A stretch of DNA of 14,009 nt. Source: Armatimonadota bacterium (GTDB taxonomy: Bacteria; Armatimonadota; Zipacnadia; Zipacnadales; UBA5352). A model generated the notes under the pieces. The model worked only from the letters and a program-made list of their open reading frames with translations. It made no database searches and was not told the DNA's origin. Shown here one piece after another: positions 1 through 7,541 of the stretch (position 1 is the first letter of the stretch; every line of letters begins with the position of its first letter). The DNA lies in the NCBI GenBank assembly GCA_034722055.1, contig JAYENL010000043.1, positions 1 to 14,009 of the forward strand, written 5' to 3'. A program made the position numbers and the translations under genes.

Positions 1-654
1 TGGCCCGTACCATGCTGACGCTCAGGCATGGCTGACGTTAAAAGGGCAAAGCGGGCTACCGTTAAAAAGGGGAGTCAGGGCCGACTGTAAGACAGGATAA
101 TGGGTGAAGGGTTAGTGGGGATGCCGGGATAATGGGAAAAGCGCCGATGCTCGGCGTAAGGTGCGTGGGGAGGTTGGCGGCGAGCAAAGTGGGGGAGGGC
201 CGGTTGCGGGACCGGTCAGTGGAAGGGAGAGGACGGACCGTGAGCGAAGCATGGTGGAGGGAGAGCGCCGGGTGTCGGTGGTGGGTGTTAGGGCAGTGAT
301 GGGGCTGGCGCATGGGGGGGGACAGCGGGGGCTGGAGCCGGATGACGCCGAGAAGGTAGGGCAGAGCATCTGGTAGTAGCTGCAGGTGGGCCAGGACGAT
401 GGCGAGGAGGGGTGGTGGTCCTTGACTGTCGCGTGGGGGCGGGTAAGGCGCCAACAGAGGCTGGGAGTGTGACGGCAGTGGCGACAGGAGGCCACCGCGT
501 GCCGGTGCGGTAAGGGGAACCGGTCTCTCTCATCGATGCGTTAAAATACTGTACATGTGTGTAGCGAGAAACTACGGCAGATGACGGCAGAAGCGGCGAG
601 CAGCGGCGGGTCAGGGGGACAGAGTCGCATCCTGAACACTGAGGTGCCATTACC

Positions 655-1272
655 ATGAGTCTGCGTGCGAAGACTGCGATCATCGTCATCGTGGCCCTTA
701 TAGCGATCGCCGGCTTCAACTACCTCATCCGCATGGATCCCACGCAACTCGCCGCCCGGGGCGTGGGCAAGGATCCTCATGCCCACGGGCGCGCTCACGA
801 ACATGAGGAGCACGAGCAACACCAGCCACAGGAAGACCCCAGCAGGCCCATCGGCCCGGAGGATGCACCGATCTTGATCCAGGCCTGCTACATGGAGCGG
901 GGCATGTTGATGGAGGAGCTGCGCCCGATGCTGAAGGATGTCGCGCAGGATTACGCCGGCTTGGTTCGAGTGGAGTTCGTGGACACCACGAAGCCCGAGA
1001 GCCGCGAGATGATTGAGCAGGTCGCCAAGGGGATGATCAATGGGCTGATCATCAACGGCGAGGTGACCAAGGCGACCCCGGGCACAGCGTTCGGAATGTC
1101 CAGCTTCCGGGGCCTGGCCAGCTTCGACGACTGGAGCGTTGCCGAGCTGCGTCTGGCCATCGAGCATGAGCTGGCGCAGAAGGGCGTAGAGTTCACCTCG
1201 CACGTGGGAGAGGAAACGGAGACTGCCATGCCGATCCCCCCGCCCGTCCCTGAGCACTCTCACGGCCACTGA
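655..1272 (+). CDS. Membrane-anchored/exported His-rich protein with probable thioredoxin-like fold, no CxxC (205 aa)
   Basis: GAGGTG RBS at 641-646 before ATG 655. Hydrophobic N-terminus (AIIVIVALIAIAGF), His/Glu linker HAHGRAHEHEEHEQH, GPEDAPILI (resembles DsbA-like GxxDAPVxI), YAGLVRVEFVD and LIING resemble thioredoxin-fold segments. C-terminal EHSHGH. Confidence 0.8.
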   Translation: MSLRAKTAIIVIVALIAIAGFNYLIRMDPTQLAARGVGKDPHAHGRAHEHEEHEQHQPQEDPSRPIGPEDAPILIQACYMERGMLMEELRPMLKDVAQDYAGLVRVEFVDTTKPESREMIEQVAKGMINGLIINGEVTKATPGTAFGMSSFRGLASFDDWSVAELRLAIEHELAQKGVEFTSHVGEETETAMPIPPPVPEHSHGH

Positions 1273-1384
1273 AGCCCCACGCTCCAAGCTCGCCACAACG
1301 AGTGCCGTTCGCCGTTGAGGTTTCTGCCGTTTGCTGATACCTTGTGCCTGCTGGCTCGGAGCTGCCGTTAAGGGAGAGATGGCT

Positions 1385-3292
1385 ATGCACAGGATGGGCC
1401 GATCCGTGACGATCCTCATGGCATCGCTACTGGCGGTCGCAACCTGGGGGGCGGAGCTGACGCGCCACGATCTGGGGCGCACGGTGAAGTTCAAGGTGGT
1501 CGTCGATAAGGCGATGCAGCCGGAGGCAGACTGGCACACCGAGGAGTGGATGGTCAAGGAGAGCGCGGACGCGGGATTCAACGTCTACTCGCCGCGGCGC
1601 GCCAATGACCTCGACGAGGTCCGACAGGTCACGCAGTGGTGCGGGAAGTACGGCATCCTGCACATCCCCTGGATGCGGGGCACGCTGGGGGCGAGTCTCG
1701 ATGACCCCAAGGCCGATGGCAAACGCATGGTGTGGGCCTCCGGCCTGGAGGACAAGCTGTGGAGCCCGAACTCGGACGAGTTCTGGGAGTGGACCAACGG
1801 GCTGATCCTGGAGTACGCGAAGATCAGCAGGGAGATGCCGGAGCTGTTCGGCGTCTTCCTGGACTACGAGAACTACGCACTGGGGTCCAACGGCTACGCC
1901 CTCTCCTACGACGACATCATCATGGGCAGCTTCGCTCAGGCGAAGGGCATGGACCTGCCCGAGCTTGCCCTCGATGAACGATACCAGTGGCTGAAGGACC
2001 AGGGGCTGCATGATGAGTTCGAGGCCTTTCAGGTCCAGCACTGGCGGGAGCGATGCCGGACCTTGCGGGAGGCCGTGGACGCCATCGACCCCACCTTCAT
2101 GTTCATGATCTACCCCGCGCCGGGCACGAAGTTCATGATGGAGGCCTGCTATCCCGAGTGGGCCACCGAGCAGGCGCCACTGATCCTGGCCGACGCGGTG
2201 ACCTACGGCCGCCGGGCGGTGCTTCCTCACATGCAGGCGCTCCGGGCGAACCGCAACGCTCTCCGCGAGCGCCAGCAGCTTGCCCGGAGGGCTGGGGTCC
2301 CGATGCTCTACACCGGCGGGATCGATCCGGCGGTGAAGGGCGCCGACCCCGAGTTCTGCGGCCGCAACGCCGCGATGATCTCGCACGTCACCGACGGCTA
2401 CTGGATCTTCTACGAGGGCCCCGAGTACGAGCAGGACCACCCGGAGTACTTCGACTGGTTTGCGCAGGCGAACGAGGCCATCAGCAACCGCAACTGGCAG
2501 TGGGCGTGGCAGAAGCGCGAGACGCCCGACACCTTCGGCCTCGAGGAGCTGACCATAGAGCAGCCCGACAAGAAGCAGCTCATCATCTACGGGGCCAAGA
2601 GCCCCTTCATGGGGATGCTCACCGATAATGAGGAGTACGAGGTGCACGAGCTGGCCGGGGTGTCGCTGCAATACTTTGCGCAGGCGGACGTGGTGATCCT
2701 GCAGAACTTCAACCAGCAGCTCCCGCGCGGCTCGCCCTTTGTGCAGATGCTGCAGGACTACGTGGAGCAGGGCGGGGGGCTGATGCTGGTGCACGATACG
2801 GGGTGGTTCATGGCCAGCCCCTTCCCAGAGATCGCGGTGCGCGACGTTCCCACGCAGCGGGTGGAGGCCGTGCGCCACGTGGTGGAGACCGACCTGGTGG
2901 TGGAGGACGTGCATCACCCGGCGCTGCGGGGCATCGACCCCAGGACGCAGTTCTCCACCGAGTTCCGCGACCACATGATCTTCAAGCCCGGCGACCTGGG
3001 CACTGTCCTGCTGCGCAACGAGTTCGGCGACCCGGTCTACGTGGCCGGCCAGATAGGGCTTGGGGGGGCTGTGGCCACGGGAAGAGACGCGGAAGCGTCT
3101 CCGGGGCGCGTGATCTTCTCCGGCTGCTATTACGGCTACAGTAATCCGCTATCGGGGGCGGAGGCAGAGGTCTTCTGGTCGTGCGTGGGCTGGCTGGCCG
3201 GGGAGGGCCCGAGCTACCGGCGGCCGATACGCCGCATCCACGAGGGGCCGCACCCCGCAGAGCCATGGCCGGAGCGAGCGGGGTTCAAGTAG
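1385..3292 (+). CDS. Secreted protein: putative glycoside-hydrolase-like TIM barrel plus C-terminal ThuA/class I glutamine-amidotransferase-like domain
   Basis: Long ORF with GC-rich third positions. AGGGAGA at 1371-1377 favours ATG 1385 (ATG 1379 and TTG 1331 are alternatives). Signal-like MHRMGRSVTILMASLLAVATWGA, GVFLDYENY in the N-terminal domain, ADVVILQN...LQDYVEQGGGLMLVH and GRVIF typical of ThuA/GATase1-like folds. Confidence 0.75.
   Translation: MHRMGRSVTILMASLLAVATWGAELTRHDLGRTVKFKVVVDKAMQPEADWHTEEWMVKESADAGFNVYSPRRANDLDEVRQVTQWCGKYGILHIPWMRGTLGASLDDPKADGKRMVWASGLEDKLWSPNSDEFWEWTNGLILEYAKISREMPELFGVFLDYENYALGSNGYALSYDDIIMGSFAQAKGMDLPELALDERYQWLKDQGLHDEFEAFQVQHWRERCRTLREAVDAIDPTFMFMIYPAPGTKFMMEACYPEWATEQAPLILADAVTYGRRAVLPHMQALRANRNALRERQQLARRAGVPMLYTGGIDPAVKGADPEFCGRNAAMISHVTDGYWIFYEGPEYEQDHPEYFDWFAQANEAISNRNWQWAWQKRETPDTFGLEELTIEQPDKKQLIIYGAKSPFMGMLTDNEEYEVHELAGVSLQYFAQADVVILQNFNQQLPRGSPFVQMLQDYVEQGGGLMLVHDTGWFMASPFPEIAVRDVPTQRVEAVRHVVETDLVVEDVHHPALRGIDPRTQFSTEFRDHMIFKPGDLGTVLLRNEFGDPVYVAGQIGLGGAVATGRDAEASPGRVIFSGCYYGYSNPLSGAEAEVFWSCVGWLAGEGPSYRRPIRRIHEGPHPAEPWPERAGFK
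3063..3105 (+). repeat. REP-like palindromic element, copy A (inside the 1385-3292 CDS)
   Basis: GGGGGGCTGTGGCCACGGGAAGAGACGC-GGAA-GCGTCTCCGGG; 37/43 ungapped identity to the intergenic copy at 10708-10750. Confidence 0.85.
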
Positions 3293-3346
3293 CTGCGAGC
3301 GGCACCTTACCATGCGCACTACCGCCGCCACGGGAGCTACCATGTC

Positions 3347-5482
3347 ATGGAGGCAGCATCGCACGCCTGCCTGATGATCATGCTGCTTACAGCGCCCTGT
3401 CTCGCCCTCCCTCAGGGCGAGCCACTCGGCGCGTTCGCCTACGAGCGCGCCGAGGCCGCCCGCCAGGACTGGGTGCCGCAGTTCGGCAGCGAGCCGGTCC
3501 GCATCAAGCAACTCGACAACGGCTCGACGTGCCTGGCCCTGGATGCCGCCTTCCAGGAGAGAATGGACCGCGTCACCTGGGACTGGGAGCATCCCCTCGA
3601 TCTCTCCGATGTCGGCTACATCTCCTTCGAGGTCTCGGCCACGAGGCCGGAGCTGGCCGGGACCGTGGGCTTCTACTTCGGCACCGCCAACGGCTGGTAC
3701 GCGTGCTTCCTCGGTGGCCTGAGCGAGCAGTGGCGCAAGATCGCGCTGCGGCTGGACACCTTCGGGGAAGAGGGGACGCCCGACGGCTGGGGCCACGTCC
3801 AGCGCATGCGCTTCGCGGTCTGGGCCTCAGGGCCGGGCGATGTGGTTTTCCGCCTCCGGAACCTCCATGCCATCCCCCGCGACCCCGCCGAGAACTTCCT
3901 GAAGAACGGCAGCTTCGAGATTCCGGGCGTGGGAGTGCCCTACGGCTGGGGCAGCGGGCACTGGGGAGTGGGGGAGATGCCCTGGGTCGCGGGCATGGAC
4001 CTGTGGCGCGAACACTTCCTCCTGGACAGATCGGTCGCCCACCACGGCGAGACCAGCCTGTGTATCCACAACACCGAGGACCTGCCGCTGCTGCGGGCCG
4101 TGTCAGTGTGGGTGACGCCGCCCGACAGCCTGGAGTCCTGCGTGCTGTCGGCATGGCTGCAGGCGGACCGCGAGGGCCTTCCGGTCCTGTTGAGAGGCGG
4201 AGGCCAGCAGGCGCAGGTCGAAGTGGGGGAGAGCTGGTCCCAGCACGCCCTCCCGGGGCTGGAGCCCGCCAGGCGGATGACCATGAGCATCGAGCCGCAG
4301 GCCCCCGGGCGGCTGTGGATCGACGCCGTGCAGCTTCAGGGCGGGGACGAGCCGAGCACTGAGTTCCATCCGTGTATCTCCGATGAGCGCATCGCCGAGC
4401 GCGAGGCCCAGGTGGACTGGTCGCCGCCATCGCGAACGAAGGAGATGGCGTCGGGACGCGCAACGTCGGGACCAGTGCAGCCACTGCAGCCCGCCATCGA
4501 CGAGCATGGGCGCTTTCTCCTGGGCGGCGAGCCCTACATTCAGCACTCGCTGGGCCTGGAGTTCATCTCGGATTTGGATGTCCTGGATGCGGTGGCCGCC
4601 AATGGCTTCGAGGACGTGACGGTGCAGATACGCGAGTACGTGAGCGCCCAGCGCCTGCAGGAGATCTTCGACCGTTGCGCGGAGTTGGGCCTGCGCATCA
4701 TCCCGTGGCTGGACCGGCGCATCCCGCGCGAGACCCTCCGCCAGCACATCGAGACGCTGCGCGACCACCCGGCCCTGCTGGTCTGGTATGTCTACGACGA
4801 GCCCAGCGGGGAGGGCTTCGAGGAGGCCGAGGCGCGGCTGGAGATCGCTCGGGAGCTGGACCCCGGCCGACCGGCGTTCATCAACTATCTCTCCAACAAG
4901 CTGGAGGATCACGCCGGCGACATCTACTCCACCGACGTCTACCCCATTCCGCACGCCACGCCCATGGCCGCCATCGGCGCGGTGCGGCGAATGCAGGAGG
5001 GGGCCAGCGCGGAGGGCAAGCCGGTGTGGATGTGGCTGCAGGGGACGGGCTACGCCTACTGGATGGACCGCGAGCCGTCGCCGCGCGAGCTCTCGTGCAT
5101 GGTCTACGGATCGCTGATCGAGGGCGCGCGGGGTATCTACTACTTCGCGCAGTTCCCGCGCACCAGACAGTGCCTGGATGAGATGCGCGCGCTACTGGTG
5201 GAGGTGAAGGCGCTGGAGCCGTGGCTGACAAGCCTGGAGGAGGCACCCGCGGCCGCGGCCAATGACGCCAACGTCCTGACGGCAGCCTACCGCCGCGGCG
5301 ATGAGGTCTGTGTGCTGGCGGTCAATACGCAGCGGGAGACGCGCGAGGTGCGCCTGTCACTGGCAGATGCGAGGGGCGACATCGACGTGATGTTCGAGGG
5401 CCGCTCAGTCGTCGCCGAGGACGGCACATGGTCGGACCACTTTGGCCCCTATGAGCGCCACGTGTATCGACTCACGGAGTGA
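3347..5482 (+). CDS. Secreted multidomain glycoside-hydrolase-like protein (two CBM-like modules, GH-A-like barrel, C-terminal beta-sandwich; 711 aa)
   Basis: Hydrophobic N-terminus LMIMLLTAPCLA; CBM-like PLDLSDVGYISF...WRKIALRL; NFLKNGSFE (CBM4_9-like start); IDEHGRFLLGGEPY and HPALLVWYVYDEP (GH2/GH5-like); DIYSTDVYP; GARGIYYF; C-terminal FGPYERHVY. Exact start uncertain. Confidence 0.8.
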   Translation: MEAASHACLMIMLLTAPCLALPQGEPLGAFAYERAEAARQDWVPQFGSEPVRIKQLDNGSTCLALDAAFQERMDRVTWDWEHPLDLSDVGYISFEVSATRPELAGTVGFYFGTANGWYACFLGGLSEQWRKIALRLDTFGEEGTPDGWGHVQRMRFAVWASGPGDVVFRLRNLHAIPRDPAENFLKNGSFEIPGVGVPYGWGSGHWGVGEMPWVAGMDLWREHFLLDRSVAHHGETSLCIHNTEDLPLLRAVSVWVTPPDSLESCVLSAWLQADREGLPVLLRGGGQQAQVEVGESWSQHALPGLEPARRMTMSIEPQAPGRLWIDAVQLQGGDEPSTEFHPCISDERIAEREAQVDWSPPSRTKEMASGRATSGPVQPLQPAIDEHGRFLLGGEPYIQHSLGLEFISDLDVLDAVAANGFEDVTVQIREYVSAQRLQEIFDRCAELGLRIIPWLDRRIPRETLRQHIETLRDHPALLVWYVYDEPSGEGFEEAEARLEIARELDPGRPAFINYLSNKLEDHAGDIYSTDVYPIPHATPMAAIGAVRRMQEGASAEGKPVWMWLQGTGYAYWMDREPSPRELSCMVYGSLIEGARGIYYFAQFPRTRQCLDEMRALLVEVKALEPWLTSLEEAPAAAANDANVLTAAYRRGDEVCVLAVNTQRETREVRLSLADARGDIDVMFEGRSVVAEDGTWSDHFGPYERHVYRLTE

Positions 5483-5510
5483 CGGCGCCCTGGATTGAGG
5501 GCAGTGCGAA

Positions 5511-5526
5511 TGTTTCACGTGAAACA
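5511..5526. promoter_or_regulatory. parS: parS centromere-like site (ParB/Spo0J binding)
   Basis: TGTTTCACGTGAAACA is an exact match to the conserved bacterial parS palindrome. It extends to a 20-bp palindrome (5509-5528) and is intergenic. Confidence 0.93.
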
Positions 5527-5710
5527 TTTGTGCGAGAGACCGGAAGCCGAGAGGTGGCGCACCGGCGAAAGGTGGGGGAGAGGAGCCCCCTGCAACGAGT
5601 GCTGCGCCGCCCGGACCGATGCGGCGTGCAGAAGGGGGCCCGCGTTGTTTGACGCGCGGGCCGGGGTGGAGCCTGAGCGGTGCGTTAGAGGTTTGAGAAC
5701 GCCCCGCTCA

Positions 5711-5748
5711 CCGGAGACGCGCAGCGTCTCTTCCTACCGCCGCAGCTC
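5711..5748 (-). repeat. REP-like palindromic element, copy D
   Basis: Minus strand GAGCTGCGGCGGTAGGAAGAGACGC-TGC-GCGTCTCCGG; same stem and flanks as copies A/B, with GTAG 5' of the stem. Confidence 0.8.
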
Positions 5749-5855
5749 GGCCGCTCGCTTCGCTGGTGGCGGCCCCTACACGGTGGGCGCGAGAGCGTCC
5801 TGGCGTCACGCGGGAAGGGCAGGTAGGTAGGTACGCGAGCTTCTGTCGGCCAGCT

Positions 5856-6491
5856 CTACTTGGTGGCGTCCCAGTAGGTCGGGTTGTTAAGGACTGTGTC
5901 CTTCCGCAGCCACTTCACATGCCCGTCGACGAACGTAAAGTTGGAGCCCCCGTTGTGCCGGGGATCCACGTGGAAGCCAACACCCCGGGTCGAGACGTCA
6001 GAGCAACGACAGGAGGGGTCGGAGTGATGGGTGCATCCGCCGGTGGTCTCGTTGAAGAGAATAATCTCCGCGGGCCGTTTGATGTCCGCCAGCGTCCGCC
6101 CTCTTGTGGAGCCTGTCGTGTGGCAGGCCACGCCGTATCCCCCACGGATGCCGGGGATCCCCGCCAGGCCGCCAATGTCGTAGGTCCTCATGCAGTAGCC
6201 GTTGGTGACGTAGGTGAGGCCGCGACCGTAGCTGGGGCACACGAAGAGTTGGTGGTTTTTCACGTATGGCTGGATTCTCTGGTTCCAGACGATCCGCCCC
6301 GTGAACCTCTCATCGTAGTCCTGTACATACATTTGCATGGCCAGACCCAGTTGCTTCATGTTGGACGCGCAGCTCGCTTGCCGAGCCTTCTCCCGCGCTC
6401 GGGCGAAGACGGGGAACAGAATCGCTGCCAGGATGGCGATTATGGCAATCACCACCAACAGCTCAATCAGGGTGAACCCTTTGCGCCTCAT
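5856..6491 (-). CDS. Prepilin-type N-terminal cleavage/methylation domain protein, DUF1559 family with H-X9-DG C-terminal motif
   Basis: MRRKG^[81 protein letters not shown] about 8 nt upstream favours ATG 6491 over 6500. Confidence 0.93.
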   Translation of the reverse strand: MRRKGFTLIELLVVIAIIAILAAILFPVFARAREKARQASCASNMKQLGLAMQMYVQDYDERFTGRIVWNQRIQPYVKNHQLFVCPSYGRGLTYVTNGYCMRTYDIGGLAGIPGIRGGYGVACHTTGSTRGRTLADIKRPAEIILFNETTGGCTHHSDPSCRCSDVSTRGVGFHVDPRHNGGSNFTFVDGHVKWLRKDTVLNNPTYWDATK

Positions 6492-6597
6492 CGTCACCAT
6501 CCCTTCGCGACGATTGTAGTGACCGGCTTACAAGGCCGCGTTTGCAGACGCAGCCTCTCGCGCACCACCATGCAGCGTCCCTCTCATCCTCGCTGGA

Positions 6598-6626
6598 AGT
6601 ATAGCACGCGCCATTCCCGCTGTCAA
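6598..6626 (-). promoter_or_regulatory. Sigma70-type promoter of the DUF1559 gene
   Basis: Minus strand TTGACA (6626-6621) - 17 bp - TATACT (6603-6598), with an extended -10 TG. Confidence 0.85.
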
Positions 6627-6757
6627 CCAAAGTTAAGCTTGCGGGTCCCCGCTGCGCGGCCCACGCTCCCGGTAGAACAGCACCCCCGCCTCTCTGCGCC
6701 GCGGCGAGGGCGCGTGAGTTCCGCAGCCCCCCGGCCACCCAACCACCGCCACGCAGC

Positions 6758-7120
6758 TTACAGGATATAGGCGCGGATCTGCAGGTCGGCGACCTCGGGG
6801 TCTACTGCCGGCTGCGGCTGCCGGTCCGCCCATGCCCGCACGATAATCCGCAGCACACTGCTACGCGTGAACTCCTGCACCGCGGCGGCGTGCCAGTCCA
6901 GCGCGCGTACGTGCTCCCGCGGCAGCCGCAAACACACTTGCACCTTCTCCAGCGGCCTCTCGCAATCCTCGCCCTCAGGCTCTGCGGGAGGCATGGGCTC
7001 ACGCTCCACCCAGGCGCGGACGATGGTGCGCGCCACATGGCTACGGGACCGCGCCACATACGCCGCCCGGGCGTCCAGCGCCGCAACCAGGTAGCGCGGC
7101 ATAATCACACTCACTCGCAT
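6758..7120 (-). CDS. Tandem ribbon-helix-helix (CopG/Arc/MetJ-like) DNA-binding protein (120 aa)
   Basis: Two homologous units, MRVSVIMPRYLVAALDARAAYVARSRSHVARTIVRAW and VQVCLRLPREHVRALDWHAAAVQEFTRSSVLRIIVRAW, joined by a Pro/Glu linker. RBS is weak, so the start is uncertain. Confidence 0.8.
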   Translation of the reverse strand: MRVSVIMPRYLVAALDARAAYVARSRSHVARTIVRAWVEREPMPPAEPEGEDCERPLEKVQVCLRLPREHVRALDWHAAAVQEFTRSSVLRIIVRAWADRQPQPAVDPEVADLQIRAYIL

Positions 7121-7541
7121 CAGTTTGTGCGAACCGTCTCTGCTGCGGCCGGGTGACCATCTGTCGATGTCTACCCCTCCATGGCGGCCGGCCTGTCGTT
7201 GGCCGAGAGCTGACGCCTTCCCTTAACTGTACACGCTGGCGCGGTGGATCTTGCGCAGCGCCTTGCCTCGGACGCGAGGCACCGGCGGGCAGGACAGTCA
7301 TCCAGCCCCCTGAGATGCCCGACACCTTTGGCCTCACGCACTCGAGGCCGCAATGGCGCCGAGGACAACACACGGACCGAGACCAAAGGTCTCCACTGTC
7401 CCTGCCCCGGAACGGGAAACAGCACTCAGTAGGTGCTTGTCTATCCCGCGCTGATGGCTACCCGCTCCCAACGGAAGGTCTCGGTGCAGCATCAGGTGAA
7501 ACCGCATCGGGCCTCGCGCGCCACAGAGAGGGGCAAGAGCT

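Noticed and set aside
92..132. GGATAA motifs as DnaA boxes / oriC
   Set aside because: Only 6/9 match to TTATCCACA, with no AT-rich unwinding element.
62..495. Short ORFs at the left end (62-454, 112-495, 161-376)
   Set aside because: Pro- or Gly-biased products reflect the G-skewed sequence; no RBS or motif. A decayed gene around 330-470 cannot be excluded.
1427..2974. 515-aa minus-strand ORF and similar long antisense or alternate-frame ORFs (541-1581, 3181-4362, 4103-4954, 5766-6770, 7458-8327, 9353-10198)
   Set aside because: They shadow well-supported genes, have no recognisable motifs, and are expected in high-GC DNA.
5555..5625. ZTP- or glycine-riboswitch-like words (ACCGGCGAAAGGTGG; GAGAGACC)
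   Set aside because: Required stems and 3' motifs are missing, and there is no downstream + strand gene.
7215..7460. Cobalamin or fluoride riboswitch upstream of the mttB-like gene
   Set aside because: Only isolated words (AACTGTA, CCACTG..GGGAA, GCTGATGGC); no B12 box or proper 5' core.
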